From NCBI GenBank assembly GCA_021851715.1, contig JAJZCR010000011.1, positions 2,418-66,417 on the forward strand: a DNA stretch of 64,000 nt, given 5' to 3'. Below are positions 19,738 to 29,998 of this stretch, piece after piece. The number at the start of each line of letters is the position of its first letter. Positions within the stretch are counted from its first letter, which is position 1. This stretch comes from Planctomycetota bacterium. GTDB lineage: Bacteria; Planctomycetota; Phycisphaerae; WQYP01. The notes under the pieces are model-generated. The model had not been told where the DNA came from and searched no databases. It saw nothing but the letters and a program-made list of their open reading frames with translations. The translations under genes were made by a program, and so were the position numbers.

Positions 19738-21489
19738 ATGTATTGGTCACGCACCCTGATTCCCACCAGCCGCGAAGTACCGGCGGACGCGGATATTCTC
19801 TCGCATCAGTTGATGGTCCGGGCCGGTTTGGTCCGACGGCTTTCCGCCGGTATTTACGACTGGCTGCCGCTGGGTTGGCGGGCAATGCGGAAGATCTGTG
19901 GCATTATGCGCCAGGAAATGGCCCGCGTTGACGCGGAGGAAATACAGATGCCGGCGATTCTTCCCGCCGAATTATGGAAGCAAACCGGCCGCTATTTTGA
20001 CTACGGTCCGCTGCTTTTTAAGCTCAAGGACCGCAAAGATACGGAAATGATCTTAGGCCCTACGCACGAGGAAATTGTCACCGAACTGGTCAAGGCTTGT
20101 GTCAGCAGCCACAAACAATTGCCGCTTGCGCTTTATCAGATTCAGCAGAAATTTCGGGATGAGGCCCGCCCGCGCAGCGGCCTGCTGCGGGTGCGCGAAT
20201 TTATCATGAAAGACGCCTACAGCTTTCACAGCTCTGTGGAGAGCCTGGGCAAAACCTACCACGATATGTTTAATGCGTACGTGCGAATTTTTAAACGCTG
20301 CGGCGTAACGGCGATTCCGGTGGAAGCCGAAAGCGGGCCGATCGGCGGCGATGCCAGCCACGAATTTATTTGCCCCTGCGCTGCGGGAGAGGATTTGATT
20401 GCCCGCAGCGAAGACGGCAGTTACGCCGCCAATTTGGAACGGGCGGACCGGCAACTTCCGGCCGACGCCGGTTTCCCCATTCCCGGTGCGGACGTTGCCG
20501 CACAATTGCAACGTGTCCATACGCCCGGCGCGGCCTCCATGGAACAGGTCTGCAAATTTCTGCACGCCGCGCCGCAAAACATGATTAAAACGCTGGTTTT
20601 CGCCCGCAGCGAAGCCGACGGCGGCGGCTTTGTGGTGGCCTGCGTGCGCGGCGACCACGAAGTGAATGAAGCCAAGCTGCGCCGCCTGGTGGGACCCGTG
20701 CAACTGGCGGATGATGCAACGGCCCGGGCGGCCGGTTTTGTGATTGGCTTTGTCGGCCCGCATGTGGTGAACCATACCGGTGCTCAACTGGTCATCGATC
20801 CGGATGCGCTGGCCATTGTTACCGCTGTTACCGGAGCCAACGAAGCGGATTACCACGTGACCAATTTCAACTGGATCAACCACCTGGAAGCCCAGCATCG
20901 CGGCAAGGCCCAGGTGGCCGATATCCGCAACGTGGTGGAAGGGGACAAATCTCCCGGCGGGTCCCGCTTGACGCTGGACAAAGGTATTGAACTGGGCCAT
21001 GTCTTCAAGCTGGGCACGAAATATTCCCAAGCTCTGGGCGCTGTATACCTGGATGACAAACAGCAAAGCCAACCGATGATCATGGGCTGTTACGGCATCG
21101 GGCCGGGCCGAATTATTGTGGCGGCACTGGAAACACTCTCAGATAAGGATGGCATCGTCTGGCCCGTCAACATTGCCCCGTTTGAGGTTCTCATCACGCC
21201 GATTCGTTATGAAGGCCAGGCCAAAACAGTGGCCGACGAACTTCATGCGCAATTGGCGGCCCGCGGCGTGGATGTGTTGCTCGATGACAGGGATCAGCGC
21301 CCCGGGGTAAAATTCAAGGATGGGGATTTAATCGGCATACCACTGCGGATTGTACTCGGCGAAAAGGGGCTGGCGACGGGCCAGGTGGAACTCAAACGCC
21401 GCACCTCCGCCACGCCTGAAATGCTGCCGCTGGAAAATCTCGCTGATCGCCTGGTGGCGCTGATTGGCCAGATGCGCCCCCAGGTGTAG
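19738..21489 (+). CDS. proS: Proline--tRNA ligase (with editing insertion domain)
   Basis: LGPTHEE, FRDEARPRSGLLRVREFIMKDAYSF, GIELGHVFKLG and MGCYGIG motifs. Confidence 0.98.
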   Translation: MYWSRTLIPTSREVPADADILSHQLMVRAGLVRRLSAGIYDWLPLGWRAMRKICGIMRQEMARVDAEEIQMPAILPAELWKQTGRYFDYGPLLFKLKDRKDTEMILGPTHEEIVTELVKACVSSHKQLPLALYQIQQKFRDEARPRSGLLRVREFIMKDAYSFHSSVESLGKTYHDMFNAYVRIFKRCGVTAIPVEAESGPIGGDASHEFICPCAAGEDLIARSEDGSYAANLERADRQLPADAGFPIPGADVAAQLQRVHTPGAASMEQVCKFLHAAPQNMIKTLVFARSEADGGGFVVACVRGDHEVNEAKLRRLVGPVQLADDATARAAGFVIGFVGPHVVNHTGAQLVIDPDALAIVTAVTGANEADYHVTNFNWINHLEAQHRGKAQVADIRNVVEGDKSPGGSRLTLDKGIELGHVFKLGTKYSQALGAVYLDDKQQSQPMIMGCYGIGPGRIIVAALETLSDKDGIVWPVNIAPFEVLITPIRYEGQAKTVADELHAQLAARGVDVLLDDRDQRPGVKFKDGDLIGIPLRIVLGEKGLATGQVELKRRTSATPEMLPLENLADRLVALIGQMRPQV

Positions 21490-21680
21490 CGGGGTGTAGA
21501 CCCGGTGAGAGCGGATGACGGTGGGGCCTGATTACCCACTCCAACGCATTGGCGGGAACTTCAAGTGCGATGGACTTGGTAGCTTCCGGTAAGCGGATCG
21601 CACCCGGCCAAAATGCCGATTCTAAAGATCCTATTTGGAACAGGCATTACATGTTGCGACGAAGTTTTTCGGCACCAGGA

Positions 21681-22694
21681 TTATTTATCCCGTCCTGTGG
21701 TGTAGCGGGCCATGGTGGTGAGGATGTCGCGAATTTCGCCCGCGGGTAATACTTGGATGGCATCAATGGCCTGATCCACCAGCGACTGGGCCCGCTGGCG
21801 GGCATAGGTGATGCTGGAACTGGGAATCAGCAGTTGTCGCACATGCTCGGCACGATCTTGCTGCGTAGATTCCAGCAGGCTTACCAGCAGTTCGCGGTGT
21901 TCGGGCGCGGCGTGGTTGAGGAAATGAATCATGGGCAACGTAAGCTTGCCTTTGTCAATATCCGTGCCCAGTGATTTGCCGACGGTTTTCTGCTGGCCCA
22001 CAATATCCAATACATCATCGACAATCTGAAACGCCATGCCTAAATGCCGACCATAAAGCGCCAGCGATTCGATCAGTCCCGTGGAAGCGCCGCGGGCCAA
22101 CGCGCCCAGACGGCACGATGTTTCGATGAGGCTGGCGGTTTTGCGGTAGATAATGTCAAAATAAGTGGCTTCATCGAGTTTCCAGTTGCGGCGGTAAAAA
22201 TTCTGGGTCAGTTCGCCTTCACAGACAATGTTGGTGGTATGGCCGATCAGACGCGAGGCGGCCTGACTGTTAAGGCTGCTGCACAGGTGGAATGCGTGAC
22301 TGATGAGCAGATCGCCCAGCAAGACTGCCGCTTCGTTACCCCGAAGATGGTTGATGGTGGCCCCGCGACGGCGAATTTCCGCCCCGTCCAAAACATCATC
22401 ATGCACCAGAGTGGCTACATGCACCATTTCCACGACCGTGGCCAGAACCACATGTTCGTGGCCGAGTTTAATGGAAGCCCCGGTGCTGCGGTTAGCATCC
22501 GGTGACGCCACAGCCAGGCCGCACAGCAGCACCAGTGTGGGCCGCAGCATTTTTCCCCGAAATCTGTGGACGTGTCCGACGAGTTGTTGTACATGCGGCA
22601 AAGTACTGGCAAGCTCGCCCGCGAAGAGTTCTTCCACCGCAGCCAAATAAGGCTCCAAACCAATGGAGGGGGCGGCAACGGCAGCAATTGGCAT
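21681..22694 (-). CDS. Polyprenyl diphosphate synthase
   Basis: GKMLRP, LVHDDVLD..RRG, KTA and FQIVDDVLD..GKS (two DDxxD motifs). Confidence 0.93.
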   Translation of the reverse strand: MPIAAVAAPSIGLEPYLAAVEELFAGELASTLPHVQQLVGHVHRFRGKMLRPTLVLLCGLAVASPDANRSTGASIKLGHEHVVLATVVEMVHVATLVHDDVLDGAEIRRRGATINHLRGNEAAVLLGDLLISHAFHLCSSLNSQAASRLIGHTTNIVCEGELTQNFYRRNWKLDEATYFDIIYRKTASLIETSCRLGALARGASTGLIESLALYGRHLGMAFQIVDDVLDIVGQQKTVGKSLGTDIDKGKLTLPMIHFLNHAAPEHRELLVSLLESTQQDRAEHVRQLLIPSSSITYARQRAQSLVDQAIDAIQVLPAGEIRDILTTMARYTTGRDK

Positions 22695-22883
22695 ATGAAC
22701 CTCATTAAACTAACGCCGCTAAACGGCGCATGGCGTTCAGTAATTATTGAAAATATAAGAAGAACTAGTTAATTCGTCCAGTGACGGGAGGTTGCCAGCG
22801 GCGACCAATGGCTTGTAGCCCCATCGGTCTGCCATGGATTGATTCCTTGCTTATCTAAGAGCCGCGACTGATCCCTTCCACAT

Positions 22884-24542
22884 TTACCCTTCCACGGCAG
22901 GTGCAACCACGCGCAAATTGGTCAGCCAATGGGCCTCAACGGCGCTATCGCCTTGATACACAACCACCGGTGACTGCGTTGCCATCGACTCATTCGGAGT
23001 CAGAATTTCCAAGCCGGCTGCCAATATCAACGGCCCTGCCGTTTCCGGTACAAAATCCATCGGTTCGCCCGCATAAAGGACGGCATCAAACCATACCTGC
23101 TCTTTCTGCTCTCCAATTTCCCAACGAATCGACCGTCCGCCAAAGCTGCCCTCCCGGTTCGCATGAATAACAATCTTCCATGTACCGGCAGTCAAAGCCA
23201 CCGTTTCATTGCCGATGCGCTGCACCGCCACATCTTTTCCTGAGAGCACATAACGGATGCGCAGGTCTTGGACACGGAAGCTGCCATTGGGGGGTCGATC
23301 CAGGCTGGGATGATAATCACCGGTGTTCTGGCTCATGTTAAACACGGTCAGAACACGGTTGGCCTCCTGCATATTTCGACAACTGATGGCACAAAAATCT
23401 CGTCCATCATGCAGGGCCCGCACTCGCAATACCACGGCAGCATCGGTCGGCGTCCAGAGATATCCCTGCAGCGAGCGGTGCTGAGTCCAAAAAGTGGACC
23501 GATTCATCGATCCAAAGCATGCCTTTTCCGTCATCCAGGTGGTGGCATAAGAGGAATCTTCTTCCGGTTCCCGGCGAATGAATCGCTCCTTTAACACAAT
23601 GCCAGTCGCCGGGCGCGACCGGCATTGCTCAAGGGCCGATGCGGGAGCCGGCAAATGCTTAATGGGCGACCACGGCATTGGGGCAACGCCACCATCATGG
23701 GTGGGAATACGCAGGCCGGTCGCGGTAGACAGGTACGCTGCGGTTTCCGGAGGCAGATGGTCGTGATACGCGCGTGCATGTGGCGGTGCCCATTGGTTGG
23801 TCTGAGGATGGAAATGGGCCAACGTTGTTTGCCAGGCAAAATTCCGGATCCATTCCGCCGCAACTCTGGAGGCTGAATCATGCACCAACTGTAATATCCT
23901 TTCAGTTTCATGAATCGCCACGGTCGTGTACGTAGGGCTGTTGTATTCGTTAAAATTGCCCTGATCTTGCACGTAGGCAACCATATTGGCAAGACGCTGG
24001 CGACCGTAATCGACGAGTTGCGGCACGGCTAGAATTTCGCCAGCGGCTACAGTAACGCAGGCGCCCATAATGGCGATATTGGTGTAGTTGCTTTGGACGT
24101 TCCGGCGGAAGATCGACCAAGCCGCATGTCCCAGGGCGATGCGGATGTCGTGGCGCAGTGAGTCCGGCAGGTCCGCCCCGTATTGGATCAGTATCTGGGC
24201 CAGGCGGGTACCTATGAAATCGGCCCAGTTCCAATCCGGTGGCGACATTTCGGCCAGCGATTCTTCCAATAGCCACGGCCAAATCCCATAGGTACCAGCG
24301 GTTGAATTGCGCTCCTGCAAAGACAGAATCCTGGCGATGACCAGGCAGGCTCGCTGGCGGTTGGCATCCGTGCCGGACTCCAACAGGGCAATGGCATAAT
24401 CCGCCGATTCTCGGGTAGCATGAGTCCACGTTCCTTCCGGCATACGAGAATGATAGCCCGGTCCATGAAACTGTGCCCCGAGCATCTGGCATTGGGCATC
24501 GTAACGCGGCTCGGCGTCCGTAAGATATTGGTTAAGGTTCAT
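22884..24542 (-). CDS. Hypothetical protein, possibly heparinase/alginate-lyase-like (alpha/alpha toroid plus beta domain)
   Basis: Long ORF with D.NWADF, YTNIA, EYNSPTY and PHARAY motifs that recall carbohydrate-active hypothetical proteins; the function call is weak. Confidence 0.5.
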   Translation of the reverse strand: MNLNQYLTDAEPRYDAQCQMLGAQFHGPGYHSRMPEGTWTHATRESADYAIALLESGTDANRQRACLVIARILSLQERNSTAGTYGIWPWLLEESLAEMSPPDWNWADFIGTRLAQILIQYGADLPDSLRHDIRIALGHAAWSIFRRNVQSNYTNIAIMGACVTVAAGEILAVPQLVDYGRQRLANMVAYVQDQGNFNEYNSPTYTTVAIHETERILQLVHDSASRVAAEWIRNFAWQTTLAHFHPQTNQWAPPHARAYHDHLPPETAAYLSTATGLRIPTHDGGVAPMPWSPIKHLPAPASALEQCRSRPATGIVLKERFIRREPEEDSSYATTWMTEKACFGSMNRSTFWTQHRSLQGYLWTPTDAAVVLRVRALHDGRDFCAISCRNMQEANRVLTVFNMSQNTGDYHPSLDRPPNGSFRVQDLRIRYVLSGKDVAVQRIGNETVALTAGTWKIVIHANREGSFGGRSIRWEIGEQKEQVWFDAVLYAGEPMDFVPETAGPLILAAGLEILTPNESMATQSPVVVYQGDSAVEAHWLTNLRVVAPAVEG

Positions 24543-24940
24543 GAATATCCTCTTATTGTACAACAGAGATTTATGTTGTCATCCATCATGCAGCTTATGC
24601 CTTGGGTGGCATCAGCGATGGTTTGGAAAATTCTATCCGCAAACTTTCCTCAAGCGAATTGGCTCCATGATCGGCACCGTGAAAATGACCAACACTGGTG
24701 GCCGCCCTTGGGCGACGCCGGCGGCCACAACCGCCAAGAGCCTACCGCAGCACCTCTGCCCGGTGTGAAGAGATTGGACCACACACCGCCGCTTTCCTGC
24801 AAGTCCTTAAGGCCCCGCGATTGCCCGTTAAGCACTCCCTGATTTTTGCAAAGTGGCAATCGCGCCTCCCGAATTTCATCTTGGGTGAAAGCGAAGCTGT
24901 ACCGAGCTTTGCAGAAATCTTTTCTGGTAACAAGAGGCGA

Positions 24941-25996
24941 TCAACTCTTGGCAAGACGGGTGGCCAATGCCTTGGGCAAAAGATTCGCCACGTCCGTGGC
25001 CAGCAGCCCTGCGGGTCCAATGGTTTCAACGGCCATATCACCAGCCAGACCGTGAATGTGCACGCCTAACACCGCCGCATCTGCCGGAGCAATTCCCTGG
25101 CCGATCAAGGCAGCAATCACGCCGGTAAGCACATCGCCCATACCGGCGGTCGCCATCGCTGGATTACCGGTTTGGTTGATGGCTCCGCGGCCGCCGTCGG
25201 CAATGGCCGTCCGGTGGCCTTTGAGCACAACGACGCAGCCCGTGGCACGGCTCAAAATTTCCGCCAAAGCCCAGCGGTCGGGTGCGACCGCGGCACTCTC
25301 GCCGGTGTTGACTGATCCCTCTACGGCGGCGGGCGGAGATTCCGGCTCAAAATCAATGGCTACGCCATCCGCTGTGCAATACGCTTCCGCCGCATTTTCC
25401 AGTTCCGCCGGCGTAGTGTCGGATGCGGTGGCGACTGGATGTTTCTCCTGCGGCTGTTCGCTGGTTGCATGGGAGGCAATTTCCAGACTGCCACGACGCT
25501 TGGTAACCGCGCCCATTAAACGCATGAACTCCACGGTATGGGGCGTTAAAACCACGTTACTCCAGTTTTTACGCTTCGGCCATTCGCTGGCCTCAAGAGT
25601 AGAAAGAATATTCAGGGCATCCGCATCCAGCACCATCGGCCCGGAATGGCGGGCCAAAAGTTCCAGGACAATTTTTTTTGCCAGCGGACTTTGACCCAGA
25701 CCAGGCCCCACGGCAACAGCATCATGTTGGTCGGCAAAATCCAGCAACGCTTTGGCATCACGGGAGCTTAACGCAAAGCCCGTGGCGGATGGACAAAGCG
25801 TCAGAGCGATGGACAAGGCTTCCTTGACGGTAGCGATGCGGCAAAGACCGGCACCCGTGCGGCACGCGGCCAGAGCAGTGATAGCCGGCGCGGCGGGCAT
25901 GGTTTCACATCCACCGATAATAAGCACCTTGCCGTAATTGCCTTTATGAGAATCGCTTTTACGAGGAGGTATCATGGGGAGATCAATTTTTTGCAT
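24941..25996 (-). CDS. nnrD: ADP-dependent NAD(P)H-hydrate dehydratase with a long acidic insertion
   Basis: HKGNYG, GAGL, AVGPGLG, VLDADALN, LTPH, VLKG and MATAGMGDVLTG motifs. Confidence 0.9.
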   Translation of the reverse strand: MQKIDLPMIPPRKSDSHKGNYGKVLIIGGCETMPAAPAITALAACRTGAGLCRIATVKEALSIALTLCPSATGFALSSRDAKALLDFADQHDAVAVGPGLGQSPLAKKIVLELLARHSGPMVLDADALNILSTLEASEWPKRKNWSNVVLTPHTVEFMRLMGAVTKRRGSLEIASHATSEQPQEKHPVATASDTTPAELENAAEAYCTADGVAIDFEPESPPAAVEGSVNTGESAAVAPDRWALAEILSRATGCVVVLKGHRTAIADGGRGAINQTGNPAMATAGMGDVLTGVIAALIGQGIAPADAAVLGVHIHGLAGDMAVETIGPAGLLATDVANLLPKALATRLAKS

Positions 25997-26310
25997 TTAT
26001 CTACTTTAGGCGAGCGCGGGTTTTGCGCCAAGCATGCGGCGGCACTGTCAAAAATCGGCCAAGCCCCCCCTCCGGAATAGCCGCCGACACGCAAGCCGGC
26101 GAATTGGCGTAAATCTACAGGTTATTCTTCGGAGATGACGATGACCGGACCATAACTGCAACCGCCGATAAAAAAAGTGTTTATAAAAAATGATTTTTTT
26201 TCGCTTGACATGCGAATTTATTGGCCTATATTGATTTTCATGGCTGCCGGTTGAAAGTCGCATGGATGTGATTTTATCAGCCGCCAAGGTTATGATACTG
26301 AAGGAAAACA

Positions 26311-27216
26311 ATGTTGCATTTGTTTGGGAACGCGGAAGAGCTATATTCGCATAGTGTAAAGTCAGGTTTTACGGTTCGTGGTTTGAGGATTAAGGCGATT
26401 TCCGCCTTAGCCGTAGCTGCCGCTGTGGCAACGGGCGGACAGGCGGCGTTGGCAACGACGACAACCCAGACGACAATCTCGCCAAACTGGGCGGGGTATG
26501 CAGATACGCCAGCAACGGGTAACACGTTTACCAGCGTTTCGGGTTCGTGGATCATGCCCACCGTTGCCCCACCAGCGGGTGCGCCCGTTGGCGTCGAATA
26601 TTACGCCTCATTCTGGGTCGGCCTAGATGGTTTCAACTCAAGCACGGTTGAACAGGTTGGGGTGGATGCCTTTACTGAGTTGACGAATACCGGAATCGTC
26701 ACCCAAGATTACGGTTTTGTCGAAATGTACCCAGCGGGGCCCACCCTGAGCTATCAAGTTTTTGCTGGCGATAACATTAACGCTTCTGTCACCTACGACA
26801 GCGGCACTAATAAGTACGATTTAGCCTACACCGACACGACCCGCAATGAATCCTACTCAGTCACGCCGACCGGCGGAACCAACCCGGCACCACAGCGTTC
26901 TTCCGCCGAATGGATTGCTGAATCCCCAACCATCACAAACTCAAATCCCCCACCCACCTACGTGATTGCCCCGCTGGCGAATTTTGGCTCAGTAACATTC
27001 ACCAACGCCGCAGTGGACGGATCCCCAGTTACCGGCTTCACGGACACCATGCTCAATATGGCCACAACCTCTTCCGGATTGGGGGCGACAACCTCGGCTC
27101 TTTCAGGAGGTGGAAGTTTGTTTACCGTAACGGTGGCGACGCCGGAACCTGCCGCCCTGGGTTTGATGAGCGTTGGTGGTTTGGCAATTTTATTTGGACG
27201 GCGTAAACGCCCTTGA
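26311..27216 (+). CDS. Glutamic peptidase (family G1 / Peptidase_A4) with a C-terminal PEP-CTERM sorting signal; start uncertain
   Basis: SPNWAGY, WVGLDG, VEQVG and SAEWIAE motifs; signal peptide; C-terminus TPEPAALGLMSVGGLAILFGRRKRP. Confidence 0.88.
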   Translation: MLHLFGNAEELYSHSVKSGFTVRGLRIKAISALAVAAAVATGGQAALATTTTQTTISPNWAGYADTPATGNTFTSVSGSWIMPTVAPPAGAPVGVEYYASFWVGLDGFNSSTVEQVGVDAFTELTNTGIVTQDYGFVEMYPAGPTLSYQVFAGDNINASVTYDSGTNKYDLAYTDTTRNESYSVTPTGGTNPAPQRSSAEWIAESPTITNSNPPPTYVIAPLANFGSVTFTNAAVDGSPVTGFTDTMLNMATTSSGLGATTSALSGGGSLFTVTVATPEPAALGLMSVGGLAILFGRRKRP

Positions 27217-27502
27217 TCGCTCCCTATCGCAACTGTGCAGGCTTAGTTGCCGCCTGGAATATTTAGCCGGTAGCAACACCAGTCAGCCCAGTCACTGATG
27301 ATAACGTTGGCGGTCGCTTTGCTGTACACTGAATCGTTTAAGCATTGCGAGTATCGCCAACACCACCGGAAGTTCTGCGTGGGTAGCCACAAGGATATGC
27401 ACGCAGCGATTTGGTGTAGAACCACTGCACCATACTTGTCTGCGAGCCATGCCAGTACTTTGAATACTCTTTACTGGTTAGATACCGGCCAAACCCGTGG
27501 CA

Positions 27503-28588
27503 TCAATTTCCAGTTCCACTAATTGGAATATTGGGCCAATAAAACATCCAATTGGCCGATTGGTTGGTGGAAATGCTGCCGCCAAGCCAAGGGGAAAATG
27601 TTGAAGGTGGGCTGGATTGGGCCACCGCCCAGTTGTTGGCCGTGAGGGTGTTAACTCCTTGATTGGAGTTTGGATCATAGTAGGTGGGGTTACCAACACC
27701 CTGCACGTGGCCATCGCCAAAAAGCACATTTTGGAACGCCGGAGTATCGGAGTTGTTGAGCGCTGGATGGTTGATGAAATACATATTGCCGTTGTTGGCA
27801 CCACTCCAACCGACGGCATCCGCAGCCAGGATATCCCTGGGCGAGCCATAGGCATGTACCGCCGGTTTATTCTCGCTGGTTCCCCAATTCAGCAGACTGC
27901 TGTCATTAAACCCACTGCCAAGTGAGAGCTGCGGCCCGGATGTTCCGCGCGCGGTGGTGCCGGCCACGTACATGTAGGTGGTCGTAATAAAATAGCCCCA
28001 GGTGCCCGGCTCCGCTGATGCAAACAAATCGCTGGTGTACGTACTGCTGGGGCAAATCATCCAGGAGGCCAGTTGAACCTGTTGTGTTTGGCTTTGGGTT
28101 GGCAGTGAGCCATCCATACCCAGTTGGGTTGGGTCAAAATAGGGTATAAACGGAATATTCATGCCTTCATTCGCCGACGCCAGCGTGGTTCCATCCGGCG
28201 CATAAAATGCGCTCTGGCTGGTGCCGCCGTATTGCAAAAATGTTGAATACGGTGTGCCATAATTCAGCCATTGCGAACCGTTAAACTCATTGTTTTGGTC
28301 GTTGGAGTCCAGATTCAAGGCCATTGGATACACCGTCGGACCGGATCCGCCCATGCCCGAAATTGCCCCCTGTCCATAGCCATAAGCCGTGGGAAACAAC
28401 CCCTGGTGATCCGCAGCGTATGCCAAAGCTACATCGCCCCATGTACTTAAATTAGCCGCACAACTAACCCGATCGGCCGTCTGCCGCACCAGAGCCAGCC
28501 CCGGCAACAGTAGTGCAATGAGCACCGCGATGATGGCCATGACCACCAGCAACTCCAGGAGAGTAAAGGCCTTGCGGTTCTTAACCAT
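27503..28588 (-). CDS. Prepilin-type N-terminal cleavage/methylation protein with an H-X9-DG-like C-terminal motif (DUF1559-like)
   Basis: KAFTLLELLVVMAIIAVLIALLLP, CAANL and NH...NVLFGDGHV. Confidence 0.88.
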   Translation of the reverse strand: MVKNRKAFTLLELLVVMAIIAVLIALLLPGLALVRQTADRVSCAANLSTWGDVALAYAADHQGLFPTAYGYGQGAISGMGGSGPTVYPMALNLDSNDQNNEFNGSQWLNYGTPYSTFLQYGGTSQSAFYAPDGTTLASANEGMNIPFIPYFDPTQLGMDGSLPTQSQTQQVQLASWMICPSSTYTSDLFASAEPGTWGYFITTTYMYVAGTTARGTSGPQLSLGSGFNDSSLLNWGTSENKPAVHAYGSPRDILAADAVGWSGANNGNMYFINHPALNNSDTPAFQNVLFGDGHVQGVGNPTYYDPNSNQGVNTLTANNWAVAQSSPPSTFSPWLGGSISTNQSANWMFYWPNIPISGTGN

Positions 28589-28936
28589 CGTACACAATTC
28601 CTTCTGAGCTGTTCGTACCTGAAGATTCCATTCGACAGCTCTTTGATACTGATCCGGGCTTAGATTCTCCGCGGAAGTGTCGCGGTAAAGCCCCGTGTTC
28701 ATTCATCGTACAGCCGGCTCGATTTTGTCCAGTGATAACTCTATTGGGACGTTGCCAATGGCGAAATGCTTGTTTTCGGACGCAATACGTGCCAATTCTT
28801 CCATCCGATAACGTTAAGGCTCGCGTTTGGTGCGGGTGGGTAGAGCGGTGAGGAATTCAGGTTGGCCCGGCAGCACATGAGCGCGAGGTTAATACCACGT
28901 AATAAAGCGGGCGGCACCGCATCGGCAAGTTATCGC

Positions 28937-29446
28937 CTATCGGGTTGGGGCGGGCGGGGATGGCCGTGCCGCAGTTGGAGGTGGGGGCATTTGAGCTTTC
29001 AGATGCTCGGCGTTTTTAATCAGATCGGCGTTGGTCCGCTGCGCCACGGGCGGCACAATAAACGCCCAGATTTTATTATCCTTAAAGTGCATGGGAATAA
29101 GCGAGGCAAAAAGGTCCGGGCCGATCCATTGAAACCATGGCGCGTGGGCCGTGCGATGGGTGTGCAGGTAATAATACACCCAGTGTGGATCGGCGGTGGT
29201 ACCGAGATTTTTTTTAGCCCGAAGGCGCACGCTGTAATCGCCATACCATTCAAAGGGAACCTTGCAGGGGCTTCGTCCCACCTCGACATCGTTTAAGTAG
29301 ACCACCGCATGTTGGGGGCTGGTGACCACGGTGATGGATCTTTCCACACAGCCTGGAAGGAACCCGATGGCCGCGGCAACCACGGCAGCAGCGAACACTT
29401 TACGGTGATTCAAAAGGCCAAGCTTAATTCCGCGCGTTATTTTCAT
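28937..29446 (-). CDS. PEGA-domain lipoprotein
   Basis: Lipobox LPGC followed by VERSITVVTSP..AVVYLNDVEVGRSP..F.WYGDY. Confidence 0.75.
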   Translation of the reverse strand: MKITRGIKLGLLNHRKVFAAAVVAAAIGFLPGCVERSITVVTSPQHAVVYLNDVEVGRSPCKVPFEWYGDYSVRLRAKKNLGTTADPHWVYYYLHTHRTAHAPWFQWIGPDLFASLIPMHFKDNKIWAFIVPPVAQRTNADLIKNAEHLKAQMPPPPTAARPSPPAPTR

Positions 29447-29538
29447 GGCGAGATTGTAACCGGACAAGGGTGGCTCCGGCCAGTGTGCAACCCGACCGCG
29501 GCACAGCAAGAAGTACGGGCTGCCAGGCGCGGCATGAA

Positions 29539-29946
29539 TTACGTGAGCGAACCTGTACGATCCTGGGCTGGTTCGATCATAGGCGTTCGGCCGTCCTGCG
29601 GCAGAGGACCGTGCAGCAATTCAATATGCGTGTAGTCATCCAGGTTCAGCACCACTTGCTCGCCATCGTCTTTTTCGATAATCAACCGGTCCAACCAAAG
29701 TCGTCCACCCTTATTGCGCGCAAACCAACTGCCGGATTCCTGGCGTTCCTGACGCAGCACCCGACCGGTAACGGCTATGGCATGGGATTGGGTCCGCCGG
29801 GAAATTTGCTCCGTAACGCGCACGATGGAACCGGGAGCGTACACCAAAGTTCGCTGGCCCGGCCTTAAAGATTGCGATAATTGCGATTCGTCCACAACAA
29901 GCTCCCGGCGGTAAGAGTCCAATTTCCACACGAGCGGCACAGCCAC
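29539..29946 (-). CDS. Hypothetical protein
   Basis: Co-oriented ORF between rmlD and the PEGA gene, with a plausible globular sequence (GSWFAR..LWLDRL). Confidence 0.55.
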   Translation of the reverse strand: MAVPLVWKLDSYRRELVVDESQLSQSLRPGQRTLVYAPGSIVRVTEQISRRTQSHAIAVTGRVLRQERQESGSWFARNKGGRLWLDRLIIEKDDGEQVVLNLDDYTHIELLHGPLPQDGRTPMIEPAQDRTGSLT

Positions 29947-29998
29947 CCGGCCAAGCCTAAAAATACCCGCCGGCCGGCTTTAAGACAAGCGCGGAAGT

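Noticed and set aside
20053-21072. Long antisense ORFs (339 aa opposite proS; similar ones opposite kdpA/B, ispG and ffh)
   Set aside because: These are shadow frames expected from GC-rich codon bias opposite well-supported genes.
24620-24655. GGAAA...TTTCC imperfect palindrome upstream of the 22884-24542 gene
   Set aside because: It might be a sugar-regulator operator, but it is too degenerate to support without comparative data.
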